Shown piece by piece: positions 8,874 to 17,535 of a DNA stretch of 64,000 bases. The stretch's first letter is position 1. Each line of letters starts with the position of its first letter. A program made the translations under genes and the position numbers. The notes below the pieces were generated by a model. The model ran no database searches, was not told the DNA's origin, and saw only the letters and a program-made list of their open reading frames with translations. The DNA lies in IMG/VR virus record IMGVR_UViG_2911215477_000001, positions 38,486 through 102,485 of that record; one strand, given 5' to 3'. Origin of the DNA: a virus. Its lineage: Duplodnaviria > Heunggongvirae > Uroviricota > Caudoviricetes.

Positions 8874-9467
8874 TTACGCTTCCAGTGCGAAGCGCTCCCA
8901 TTCTGCGCGCTTGCTGTCAAGCAAAGCGAAAGACTTGTCAGACACGTCAGAGCTGATCCAGTTGAGCGCACGCAGCGCCTTGAGACTGCTAGAGGCTTGC
9001 GTGGGAGCGGTCGAGCTGCCAATGGGGAGTTTCTTCAAAAGCGCATTGGTCACGCCTTTGGTCTGCAATTCGCCAGCATCACGCAGAATGCTGATCGAAG
9101 CGTAAAGCGTCACATTGGGCTTCTCACGCTGCAACACTTCGCGCCAATGGCAACCCTTGCCGAGTGCAGTCACGACAGCTTGCAGCTTGTCCTGCGCGTA
9201 GATAGCGGCGCGCATGGCGTAGGAGTGGTCAACGTGCGCAGTGTAGGCGGCGAGAATCTTCTCATCCTTCAGCATGCCGACCCACTTATCAGCGCGACGC
9301 TTTGCGTTCTTTGCGCTTGTCACTTCGTCGCTGCTCTTATTCTTGTCTGCAATGATCGCAGCAAGCTTGTCAGACTGCGCAGCGTAGTCTGCGCGGAAGT
9401 CGATAGCGTCAGCGACAGTAGCAGCGGCGACGGTCTTAGCAGCGGTCTTAGCGGTCTTAGCCATTTT
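8874..9467 (-). CDS. hypothetical Ala/Lys-rich protein (start MAKTAKTAAK)
   Basis: The ORF-track start lies upstream of the family-A motif at 9524, so the start was moved to the first ATG after the motif and a 5'UTR hairpin. Confidence 0.45.
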   Translation of the reverse strand, partial: KMAKTAKTAAKTVAAATVADAIDFRADYAAQSDKLAAIIADKNKSSDEVTSAKNAKRRADKWVGMLKDEKILAAYTAHVDHSYAMRAAIYAQDKLQAVVTALGKGCHWREVLQREKPNVTLYASISILRDAGELQTKGVTNALLKKLPIGSSTAPTQASSSLKALRALNWISSDVSDKSFALLDSKRAEWERFALEA

Positions 9468-9523
9468 AGTATTCCCTTTGGTTTGGTTTGGGTTAGTGCG
9501 GTCTTGCCCGACCGCACAAACAT

Positions 9524-9540
9524 AGTATGCGCATACATAC
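9524..9540. promoter_or_regulatory. family-A motif AGTATGCGCATACATAC
   Basis: Palindrome GTATGCGCATAC; followed on the sense strand by GTGCGGTC..GACCGCAC, a 5'UTR hairpin without a U-tract. Confidence 0.45.
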
Positions 9541-9977
9541 TTCCCGTCAACAGATTTATTCAACTTTTTTTGATGGAAAAAACATGGTGTATGTATTGAC
9601 ATACTATGCAAGTGCATGTTAGTCGCGTGCGCGCTTTCATTCTCTCTCAGTGCATGCTTTTTGCTGCGCTGCATATAGACGTCTATACGTCTGTGTGATA
9701 GTCGCGCACTCCTACGTGCGATGCTCCTATGCGACGCGCACGAGCAATCCATGGTTTTCCCACCGAGCACCGGTTTAACCAACGTCTTTCCACCGGGAGC
9801 AGGAAAGCCCTGGTGGCCGCCAAACCTAGAGGGAAACCTATGGGACGCCAACTTACCTATAGGGGCACCCATAGCCGGGTAATCCATGGGTCAACCTGCC
9901 CTATGCCCAAAAGAAAGCCCAGAGGTGATCTGGGCTTGCTGACTACGGTGGACAGGGCAACTGCAGGAGATTGAGAT

Positions 9978-10139
9978 TTAGCATGGGCTAAGGACGCTCT
10001 TTCGCTTCATGGTGCGTTGGGCGCGACGATCCAGGTTTCGGGCTTTCTCACGCTGTCGATGGCGGTGATGCGCTTCGACAAGTTCCAACGCAGAGTAGTT
10101 GGTCGTGTAACCACCATTGAATCGTTTGCTAGCTTTCAT
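9978..10139 (-). CDS. small basic protein (53 aa)
   Basis: RBS GGAGATGGAGAG before ATG; Arg/Lys-rich. Confidence 0.35.
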   Translation of the reverse strand: MKASKRFNGGYTTNYSALELVEAHHRHRQREKARNLDRRAQRTMKRKSVLSPC

Positions 10140-10510
10140 GCTATCTCTCCATCTCCATGTGTCTCTTATGTCGGGTGTCATCGCAGCTGTGAACTCGTTC
10201 AAAGTTCTTTGCGATGTGTGAATTTTGCGCTTATGCGCTATTTCCGAGAACAAATGGAACTAGGTAGAAGTCGATTTCCAGGAGAGACCCTATCAACGTA
10301 ACTCTAGGGCGAATGCCTGTCTGAAACGCCCTGTATCGAGCCCTAAGCGCCTCCTAGGGTTTCTCTATATCTGCGTCGCTCTGTAGGGCTGCGTGCGCTG
10401 TGTGACGCTGTAGGCCGCGTTTAGGAAGACCGTCCTAGGCCAGGTGTAGGAGAACCCATGGGTTAGCCGGCGACACAGTAGAAGAGCGCCCATAGGACGC
10501 TCTGTATCGC

Positions 10511-10855
10511 TCAGTATTGAACGCGCTGCAATGACAGCATCAGTTCACTGATTCGCTGCGCGAGCGCGTCGCGTGACTCGTACATCTCGCATGCAACGCG
10601 CTCTTTTTCGATGTCGTCGCTATTGCAGTAAGCGTGCAGATCACGAGTGTCGAGAAGTCCATCGGGTGATTTCTCACTCATCGAGTCGTAGACGTTCAGC
10701 GTATACATCGTTTCGTCGCTGTCGATCCACTGGTCATCAATCATCGTGTGCTGTGCTGCGATCACATGCACGACATAGCGTTCTTGAATCAGCATGAACG
10801 CGAAATTGTAAAAATCATCATGGTCTTGCACGTTTGCGACAGTGAAAGCTTTCAT
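10511..10855 (-). CDS. early-type small acidic protein (start MKAFTVANV)
   Basis: Preceded by the family-B cassette (CCATGG..GTGCCGATAGTCGG..CTCACTCACA); the ORF-track start MTTFNV lies inside the cassette. Confidence 0.5.
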   Translation of the reverse strand: MKAFTVANVQDHDDFYNFAFMLIQERYVVHVIAAQHTMIDDQWIDSDETMYTLNVYDSMSEKSPDGLLDTRDLHAYCNSDDIEKERVACEMYESRDALAQRISELMLSLQRVQY

Positions 10856-10939
10856 AGTTGCATGCTCTTGCGTTGTGAGTGAGCAAGCAGTGTCGCGTTG
10901 GATGCGAAACCCGACTATCGGCACGTTGAAGGTTGTCAT

Positions 10940-10975
10940 GCCGGAGTAACCATGGGTGATCTGCAGACAAGAGAA
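10940..10975 (-). terminator. hairpin terminator at the cassette boundary (GAGCGCC..GGCGCTC)
   Basis: Stem-loop followed by a T-rich tract on the minus strand. Confidence 0.45.
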
Positions 10976-11001
10976 AGCGCCTACAAGAGGCGCTCTCGCT
11001 A

Positions 11002-11277
11002 TCAGACGTCGAGGTCGATCTCAAAGTCAGACCATGAATCGCGCTTGTCGAACTCAGCGTAAGCCTGCATGAGGGCGCTCGATGCTTGCACGACATTCAG
11101 ACCCAGCTGTAGGCATGCGTTGCGACTGATCTGCACGTCGTAGAACAGGTCATTGAGGTCGTCATCTTCACGAACGAGGTCAAGCGTCGCGAAGCGAACA
11201 CCATCGCTCGTGACTTGAAAGGTCGTCGTATCGTTCGCTTCGTCGATGATGATTTCGAAAAGAACCTTGATCTGCAT
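11002..11277 (-). CDS. early-type small acidic protein (start MQIKVLF)
   Basis: Family-B cassette upstream; CACTCACTCACAGAGCAAAACGCT immediately 5' of the ATG. Confidence 0.5.
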   Translation of the reverse strand: MQIKVLFEIIIDEANDTTTFQVTSDGVRFATLDLVREDDDLNDLFYDVQISRNACLQLGLNVVQASSALMQAYAEFDKRDSWSDFEIDLDV

Positions 11278-11414
11278 AGCGTTTTGCTCTGTGAGTGAGT
11301 GTGTAAGCATCATCTGTGAGGTCGCAACGCCCGAGAATCGGCACGATGCCGGTGATTCCATGGGTTATCCATGCGCTCGATGCGAGAAGAGCGACGCTAG
11401 GTCGCTCTGTAGGT

Positions 11415-11741
11415 TCAGTCGTTCTCGCGATCAATAACCATGCGTTCGACGACGTGTTCCATCGCTGCTGCGATGCTGTCGTGCGTCTCATCGAGGAGCA
11501 CGCAGTTGACTTGAGAGAACACGTCAACACCTTGGTCGAACGAGAGCACGCGATACTGTCGCGTTTCGAGGTTCTGAAGGAGGAAATAGTGATTTCCTTC
11601 ATAGATCTTCGCTTGCACGCTGTAGGTTGTGTCAGCGTCATCGACGACCTCAGCGTTGAAATCTTGCGCGAGCAAGTAGCGAACCAGCGCGATGTGATTC
11701 GTGTCGATGTCGTTCGTGTCAATCTTCGCTGCAATCTTCAT
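11415..11741 (-). CDS. early-type small acidic protein
   Basis: Family-B cassette upstream (CCATGGATTCGCCGGCATG..CCGATTCTCGG..ACACTCACATGAG). Confidence 0.5.
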   Translation of the reverse strand: MKIAAKIDTNDIDTNHIALVRYLLAQDFNAEVVDDADTTYSVQAKIYEGNHYFLLQNLETRQYRVLSFDQGVDVFSQVNCVLLDETHDSIAAAMEHVVERMVIDREND

Positions 11742-11905
11742 ACGTAGGTCTCATGTGAGTGTGCGTCGCTGCATTGCGACGAGACACATGATCGAGTTGG
11801 ACGCGAGTTCCGAGAATCGGTGTGTTTGAGGACTCATGCCGGCGAATCCATGGGTTGCCCAGGAGGTGCGCATGAGAAGAGCGACACGAGGTCGCTCTAT
11901 AGGAC

Positions 11906-12187
11906 TCAGAGGGCTTCGAGCACGTCTTCGTCAACACCAGCTTCGCAACAGTTGAACTCGAAAACACCAGCTGCGAGAGACTTCATGTGCTCACGAGCGC
12001 GCTGTGCAAGTTCCAGCTGCTGCTCTTTAGGACGTTCTGCGATTGCTTCGCTGAGGTGATAGCTCAAGCGCACGAAGAGGTCATACTGCTCGCCCTCACT
12101 CTCTTGAAACGCGAAGAGCGCGAGGTCGTAATCGACGTAGACGAGAGTGTTGTTGAGGAACTTTTCGACGTACTGCTGAGCGTTCAT
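11906..12187 (-). CDS. early-type small acidic protein (start MNAQQYV)
   Basis: GACTCACTCACAGAGAAATAGACCT immediately 5' of the ATG; family-B cassette upstream. Confidence 0.5.
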   Translation of the reverse strand: MNAQQYVEKFLNNTLVYVDYDLALFAFQESEGEQYDLFVRLSYHLSEAIAERPKEQQLELAQRAREHMKSLAAGVFEFNCCEAGVDEDVLEAL

Positions 12188-12377
12188 AGGTCTATTTCTC
12201 TGTGAGTGAGTCGCTATCTGCGACACACGCATGATCGTGTTGGATCTGATTTCCGACTATCGGCACTCTTGAGGCCAGGATCACCCATGGTCTATCCATG
12301 GCTTGCCCTGACTCTCACCCAAAACAAAGGCCCGATGGCACTCACTCCATCGAGCCTCTGTCCCAGCTGACTTGTCT

Positions 12378-12409
12378 CCCCTACTGAGTCCTGGTCATTC
12401 TCAGTAGGG
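12378..12409 (-). terminator. hairpin CCCTACTGAG..CTCAGTAGGG downstream of gene 12453..12908
   Basis: 10-bp perfect stem; no clear U-tract. Confidence 0.35.
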
Positions 12410-12452
12410 CACAACTAATAAGGTGGTCATGTCCTTGTGGTCCCTTGGCCGC

Positions 12453-12908
12453 TTACAGGGCGACTGCGTGGATGCCGGCTTCACCGTTCATGGCGCGCTT
12501 CATCAGCTCAGCCACGAGTTCTTCGGTCGTCAGGGCGCTGACACTGGTGGTCGCTTCCACTGCCGGACCCTGGTTCGCATGGTCGTCGAAGGTCTCCAGG
12601 ACATCGAGGATCTCCTCCGCGATACCGTCGATGCGGGGCGTCACCAGGTCGTTCGGACGCTTGCTGGGCTGACCCATCACGATGGGACGCAGCAGATCCT
12701 GCAGCAGTGCCAGCTGGACGTTGCCTTCCTCGTCACCCTTGGCCTTGCGGAACTTGGCGAGCATCCCGGCGACCTGGTGGAGATACGCACCGTGCATCAG
12801 CACTTCCTCGGCGTGATGAGCCAGCTCCTGACGCAGCTCGTTCTCGGTCATGTTGCGGACCATCTCACCGTGCATCAACAACTGGTCTTTCTTCTGCTGC
12901 TCGTTCAT
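12453..12908 (-). CDS. hypothetical protein (start MNEQQKK)
   Basis: Start re-called downstream of the family-A motif at 12955-13000; RBS GAGAGAAACAGAGCC. Confidence 0.5.
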   Translation of the reverse strand: MNEQQKKDQLLMHGEMVRNMTENELRQELAHHAEEVLMHGAYLHQVAGMLAKFRKAKGDEEGNVQLALLQDLLRPIVMGQPSKRPNDLVTPRIDGIAEEILDVLETFDDHANQGPAVEATTSVSALTTEELVAELMKRAMNGEAGIHAVAL

Positions 12909-12954
12909 GGCTCTGTTTCTCTCTGTGCGCTGCGCGCTTTGTGTTTGTGTGCTT

Positions 12955-13000
12955 AGTGTATGTATGCGCTCACATATCGTCAAGCGCATACGTATGGGAT
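12955..13000. promoter_or_regulatory. family-A motif, extended palindrome GTATGTATGCGCTCACATATCGTCAAGCGCATACGTATGG
   Basis: Inverted repeat around the GCGC core. Confidence 0.5.
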
Positions 13001-13294
13001 CTACTTGGCAGTGCGTGACTCGTGGCGGTGCATGAAGACGATCAGGCCGATCCACATGACCAGGCCAATCACCCCACCCACGGCCATCATTGCATCGACC
13101 TCGCTGGTGTTCATCAGGACACAGAGGGCCAAGATGAGATAGAGGCTCAGCAGCACCACGTCCAACAGGTTGGCACCTCCCTTCTTGGCCGGCTTCCAAC
13201 CCTGTGCCATGCGGTAGACATCACCTGTGGCCTGAAAACGGGTCATGCCTGCCTCGATAGGAATGCCGGCGTACTGGTGTGCAATCACGTTCAT
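13001..13294 (-). CDS. small membrane protein (2 TM)
   Basis: The ORF-track start MTCR..MHIH includes the motif; start re-called at MNVIAHQ; hydrophobic LLSLYLILALCVL and VGGVIGLVMWIGLIVF. Confidence 0.45.
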   Translation of the reverse strand: MNVIAHQYAGIPIEAGMTRFQATGDVYRMAQGWKPAKKGGANLLDVVLLSLYLILALCVLMNTSEVDAMMAVGGVIGLVMWIGLIVFMHRHESRTAK

Positions 13295-13551
13295 AGCGTT
13301 TGCTCGCTGCGTTGTGTGTATGTGCATACATAGTAGCGCATCAGCAACAACCGACAATCGGCACGTCATAGGACTATTGGCGGCCCCTCCATGGGTTATC
13401 CATGGCTCACCCTAGGGCGGCTCCACCCAAAAAAGTGCCCCTGCGAGCGGGCAAGCTCCAGGGGCGTGGTCGAACAATAATCAGAGCCCAAAGGGAGGCC
13501 GAGGACGGGAGTCTTTGGCCCACCTACCCTGTTACTGCAGACAGGGTGATT

Positions 13552-14013
13552 TTAGTCGGTTTCGCGGAAGGGGGCCACCTTGTACTGGTCGTGGATCTGG
13601 ACGAACCAGGTCTCGGTGATGAAATCGAGGATGCTATGCACCAGGCGCAGGTCAAGCGTCCCCTGGTCCTCGTCCGTGGTCTCCTGGTGAATGCCCATCC
13701 AGTCGTTCCGGAAGGACAGAGGAAACAGGACTTTGGTGCCATTGATGGTCAGCTCCATCAGGACAATATCCGGGTCACGCATCAGATCACCATTGGACTC
13801 GCCGTAGCTGGCAATGGAGTACGTGGGCTGGCCATAGTGGTTGCTGATGACCTCGACCAACACATCCATCATGCCCTGGGACTTGAACCGCGTATTCCGG
13901 CGATGACCTTCCATCAGCAGATCGAACTGCTCATAGGCCCAGGTCATACGGCCAAAGGTTCTGTCTTGTGTGGCCAGCTGCTCGATGGCAGTGATCACTT
14001 TATGGTCCGTCAT
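13552..14013 (-). CDS. hypothetical protein
   Basis: Partial family-B cassette upstream (CCATGG x3, CAGATAGTCGG). Confidence 0.45.
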   Translation of the reverse strand: MTDHKVITAIEQLATQDRTFGRMTWAYEQFDLLMEGHRRNTRFKSQGMMDVLVEVISNHYGQPTYSIASYGESNGDLMRDPDIVLMELTINGTKVLFPLSFRNDWMGIHQETTDEDQGTLDLRLVHSILDFITETWFVQIHDQYKVAPFRETD

Positions 14014-14289
14014 GCTGTGCTCCGTTGTCAGTTGCTGCGATGAGCAAATGATGATTGTGGCGCATGACCCCGACTATCTGGGAGAGATCAGATACCTGCC
14101 CTAGGCTGGGCCATGGTTGTGCCATGGGCTCACCTGCGGTCTATCCATGGTCTGCTGATGGTTGGCCCACCGGCCCTATGGTTTGTGGCTGCTCTACGTG
14201 TATAGAGAGATAGAGATATGCACGCTTGTCCCTAGAGCCTATGGGAAAACCTATGGTCGGCCATCCATCAACCTATGGCACCTTGGCTG

Positions 14290-14560
14290 CTGGTCCACCC
14301 TAGTCCCAGTGATCATGTCCCTAGTTTTGATTAGTTATAGGGAAATATAGAACCCGTAGGCCGCCTATTTCCCAAGAATCACTGCTCAATAAACCTATTT
14401 GTTATGGCCGTCTAAATAGATACGTTTACTTTTGGCCATCCAGAACATGCTCAAAACAGCCAAAAACCATGTTGACGTACTGTTTGAGGGGTTAATGACT
14501 AATTTCCCTATGCTAATAAACATGAGGGAATGGCCAACCAGTGTGCCTAGTGCCAAGGCC
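14290..14560. other. AT-rich ORF-free tract with host-like promoter elements
   Basis: AT-rich tract, e.g. TTGACGTACTGTTTGAGGGGTTAATGACT; no coding signal. Confidence 0.4.
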
Positions 14561-14569
14561 AACCGCTCC

Positions 14570-14720
14570 CATGGTTCAACCATGGATAGACCTAGGGGAG
14601 AGTGACGGTTGGCTCATGGGATGGCCGGCTATGGGAGAGCCATGGTTGAGCAGAGGAGGTGCCAATACAGGGGAAACCATGGATAGACCATGGGCAAGCC
14701 TAGGGCCGGGTTGGCACCAC
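14570..14720. repeat. cluster of CCATGG / CCTAGG / ATCCATGG palindromic motifs
   Basis: At least 6 CCATGG and several CCTAGG within 150 nt; the same ATCCATGG motif heads the family-B cassettes. Confidence 0.5.
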
Positions 14721-15361
14721 TATCCCTATAGGGAACCAGGTCATCTGGAGCCGGGAGTATCTCTTTCTCTATGGAAGTGCCTATCTGATGCCGGAGCTAT
14801 CTGACTGACCTAGTACATGTGCTACGTAGGCCAGGATTAGGAAGACCGTGTTTGCTCCGGATGAGCGACAGCTCGGAAACTAGGCAATCTGAGAACTCAG
14901 GATATGACGCCCCCTACCCCGTGACGATGCACTGAGTAGGGACACATCCCGGCCTTCAGACTGCCTTGGGGAGTTTGACTCCCTCCCGGTGGTGATCCAC
15001 AGGGGCAACCTTCAACCTCATGCCATTGCGACAGTCACTGTTGTTCCTCGGTGCGCATGAGCCTGGGCAAGCCAGAACAGGTAACACCGTGTCACTCACC
15101 CGCCTCGCTGTCGCACCTATCGGTGACGCCCGAGTCCTGTCTGCGGGAAATCCTTCATCAGGGTCATTGCTACAAGAGCTGCCAGTGGCCGAACGTATGG
15201 GTGCCGATAAACCGCTAGCTGACCTGAGTATGTTAGCGCGTACATACCGTGGCGGGCAATGCTGGATAGAGCATGGGTCGGCCGGACTTGGGAGCGCCTG
15301 GACATGGAGGGGCCATGGGAAACCCTTGCAATATATGTGGCGCGGGCCGGCACCGTCATTT

Positions 15362-15560
15362 GCCCTTCCCTTCCACAGGCACCTCGGCTCTCCCATCCCT
15401 CTATACCCCGGCCTGTCTCTTCCCATACCCCTATGCGTAGGCCATCCCTACTGCTACTCCCCATAGCTCTCTCCCCTAGGGTGTGTGTGCTCCTCTATCC
15501 CTTCTTCCCTATACCCACAAGTCTTCTCCTGCATCCCTATAGCCGGACACAATACCGACC
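15362..15560. repeat. polypyrimidine (C/T-rich) tract with degenerate CCCTATAC-like repeats
   Basis: Roughly 200 nt of almost purely C/T plus strand. Confidence 0.5.
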
Positions 15561-15594
15561 TCGACCTGGTGCGATTCGTGTGTGTCTGTGTCGT

Positions 15595-15795
15595 TCTCTA
15601 TGCGTGGGATGAGCGCTCGTTCTTTGTATCGTTCGTGCTGCTTATCTCTATGCGAGAAACGCGCTAGATCGACGCGAGAGACATTTCCCTTATGCGAGCG
15701 CTGTGCTGCTACTCGTTCTATGCGGGGAACGTCACAGTGATCGTTTTAGCGTTCGACGATGTTGACGATATGGGTGTGTTTCTCATGCGGGAGTG
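15595..15795. repeat. five iteron-like direct repeats TCTATGCG(G/A)G
   Basis: Copies near 15598, 15656, 15690, 15720 and 15783 with 30-63 nt spacing. Confidence 0.55.
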
Positions 15796-15839
15796 TTGAT
15801 TTCGCGGAAAGCGTGTCAAGTTCCCTTTACATGTGTTGG

Positions 15840-15975
15840 CGATCGAGGCGTTTGCGAATTTAAGTTATTGATCCGGCAGGTTTATTTGGAATTTTGGTGG
15901 GTTCGATACAAATAATTTCTGTAACGGAGGGACTTAACAGATTCGTTGAGTGACCGCTTTGCAGGAATTGACCAA
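15840..15975. other. AT-rich tract (possible DNA unwinding element) next to the iterons
   Basis: gaatttaagttattgatcc..tttatttggaattttggtgggttcgatacaaataatttctg. Confidence 0.4.
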
Positions 15976-16011
15976 CTTGCGCCCTTACATCAACACCTAT
16001 AAGGCTTAAAC

Positions 16012-16386
16012 ATGAATCAACATTTCAGTAGTAACGACCCGAACCACCGCATCCAGATGGCACACGTCAAGGAGCTGTCCACCGACAAGCTCAGTGGCGA
16101 GTCCTTCAAGTACACCTTCCATGACGTGAAGAAGCTCTGGGAGGGACACTATGGCGGTCCATCGGGCTGGGCACAGAAGACCGCCAAGGAGCGCGACGAT
16201 TACCTTCAGGGATTGAAGGACTGTGCCAACGCAGTGAAGAAGATCGCGGAGATGGAGCCGGACATGGGACACAAGCGCAGCATGCTTGCTTGTTACCACG
16301 GGACCATCTGGATCTATGCCTGGATCAGCCACCTGACCGTCGACGGTCAGTTCTGCGATGACCTCTTGGACGCAGTTGGCTCCTAA
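16012..16386 (+). CDS. hypothetical protein
   Basis: Only plus-strand ORF in this region; followed by a bidirectional terminator. Confidence 0.4.
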   Translation: MNQHFSSNDPNHRIQMAHVKELSTDKLSGESFKYTFHDVKKLWEGHYGGPSGWAQKTAKERDDYLQGLKDCANAVKKIAEMEPDMGHKRSMLACYHGTIWIYAWISHLTVDGQFCDDLLDAVGS

Positions 16387-16425
16387 CCAAAAGAAAGCCC
16401 GGTCATGTGCCGGGCTTCTCTGTGT
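16387..16425. terminator. bidirectional rho-independent terminator
   Basis: AGCCCGG-tcatgtg-CCGGGCT hairpin with an A-tract 5' and TCTCTGTGT 3'; ends the long minus-strand gene array. Confidence 0.7.
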
Positions 16426-16437
16426 AAGGGTGGATGG

Positions 16438-16794
16438 TCAGTCGTAGTCTTGAACCTCGCACTGGATCGCCCTGTCGAGGATCAGTCGCATCTTGTCGCC
16501 TTCATCCCGCTCGCGGTCAGTGCCACCCTGTAGACGCTGGGAGATCAGCTTGAGCTTGTCGAAGTCCTCAGCCTCGATGCAGTAGTCGATGTAGATCCTG
16601 GTGGGTTCCCCGATTGTTGGCTCGGGTGCATCGAGTATCCGGCGAATGTCCTCGTTCGGGTCTGTCGAAAGCTCGCCCACCTTCAATAGTGCTGGGTCAT
16701 CCCAAACGCCTTGAATCCTCGCCCTGATGGCTTGAAGCTTCTCGTCCTGGCTCAGCGTCACTTGATGCTCCTTAGCTGCCCCTGTGTAAGGCAT
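16438..16794 (-). CDS. hypothetical protein
   Basis: ORF with a coupled arrangement. Confidence 0.4.
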   Translation of the reverse strand: MPYTGAAKEHQVTLSQDEKLQAIRARIQGVWDDPALLKVGELSTDPNEDIRRILDAPEPTIGEPTRIYIDYCIEAEDFDKLKLISQRLQGGTDRERDEGDKMRLILDRAIQCEVQDYD

Positions 16795-16997
16795 TCCATG
16801 TGCCCGCTCTTCCAGCCAGGCACTCCCTCTTTGTCTGCGTAGACCCGTTCGGTCCCCAGGTAGCCGTCGAACCGGACCCAGGGTGCTTCAGAGGTGCTCT
16901 GCACGACGGTTCCACACATGCCAGGTTCGATCCACTTGGGATCGTCCCGGTCGATGGACGCTACACAGACGCGATCACCTGCTTTGAACTTTACCAT
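16758..16997 (-). CDS. hypothetical small protein (KOW/SH3-like KFKAGDRVCV)
   Basis: Start ATG embedded in the upstream gene's EGRW-stop codons. Confidence 0.4.
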   Translation of the reverse strand: MVKFKAGDRVCVASIDRDDPKWIEPGMCGTVVQSTSEAPWVRFDGYLGTERVYADKEGVPGWKSGHMECLTQGQLRSIK

Positions 16998-17302
16998 CGC
17001 CCCTCCCCTGCCGCTGGCTTGAGCTTGGGAACACTGTCAGCGTCGCCATAGCTGACGTTGAGGTTCCTGACGATCTGCTCCACCACGCTGCGCTTGACCT
17101 CATGGCCGTTGGTTTTGTTGAACTCGCTGATGACCCGCTGGACGATCCAGTCGAGGTTCAACTCATGGGTCGTCTGACGAGCACGCTCCTGCACCGCCTC
17201 CTTGATCCACTCCTTCACCTCGGCCTTCGTGATGCCCAGGTCAGCAATGTGTTGGCGCAGGGCGAGCGTGATCTCCCGGCGTCCTACCTCGTCAGCCTTC
17301 AT
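16991..17302 (-). CDS. hypothetical protein ending ..GEGRW
   Basis: C-terminal tail shared with the 20.8-23.4 kb paralog family. Confidence 0.4.
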   Translation of the reverse strand: MKADEVGRREITLALRQHIADLGITKAEVKEWIKEAVQERARQTTHELNLDWIVQRVISEFNKTNGHEVKRSVVEQIVRNLNVSYGDADSVPKLKPAAGEGRW

Positions 17303-17535
17303 GCGTTCAGCGCCTTCTTGATTGCTGTCTGCACCTCACGACGGCCACGGTAGCTCGCCTCCCTGGCGATCTCCTTGAACAGTTCGGAGGCAGTGGGTGC
17401 CTTGAAGAACGTGTGGAACAGATCGTTCTCGTGCTTCCACCACGGTTCGGTGGGATTACCAGCTGGCCAGGTCTCCTTGAAACCGAGAGCCTTCATCACT
17501 TCCGGGCTGAGCTTGGGTTCGTTGGACTCACTCAT
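17299..17535 (-). CDS. hypothetical protein
   Basis: ATGA-coupled ORF. Confidence 0.4.
   Translation of the reverse strand: MSESNEPKLSPEVMKALGFKETWPAGNPTEPWWKHENDLFHTFFKAPTASELFKEIAREASYRGRREVQTAIKKALNA

Noticed and set aside
8753-9105. Small plus-strand ORFs 8753..8956 and 8857..9105
   Set aside because: They overlap the minus-strand terminator hairpin and the 3' end of gene 8874..9467, and they have no RBS. They are probably spurious.
10939-13369. ORF-track N-termini MTTFNVPIVGF, MESPASCRFSG, MRVSQIATHS, MHIH and similar
   Set aside because: These N-terminal extensions are the conserved family-A/B regulatory elements read in-frame. The same nucleotides fall in different frames in different copies, so real starts were placed at the first ATG after the conserved leader.
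14956-15667. ORF-track entries in the 14.9-15.7 kb region
   Set aside because: They have no RBS and proline/serine/arginine-rich low-complexity translations, they overlap each other on both strands, and they coincide with the polypyrimidine tract and iterons. I treated the region as non-coding regulatory DNA.
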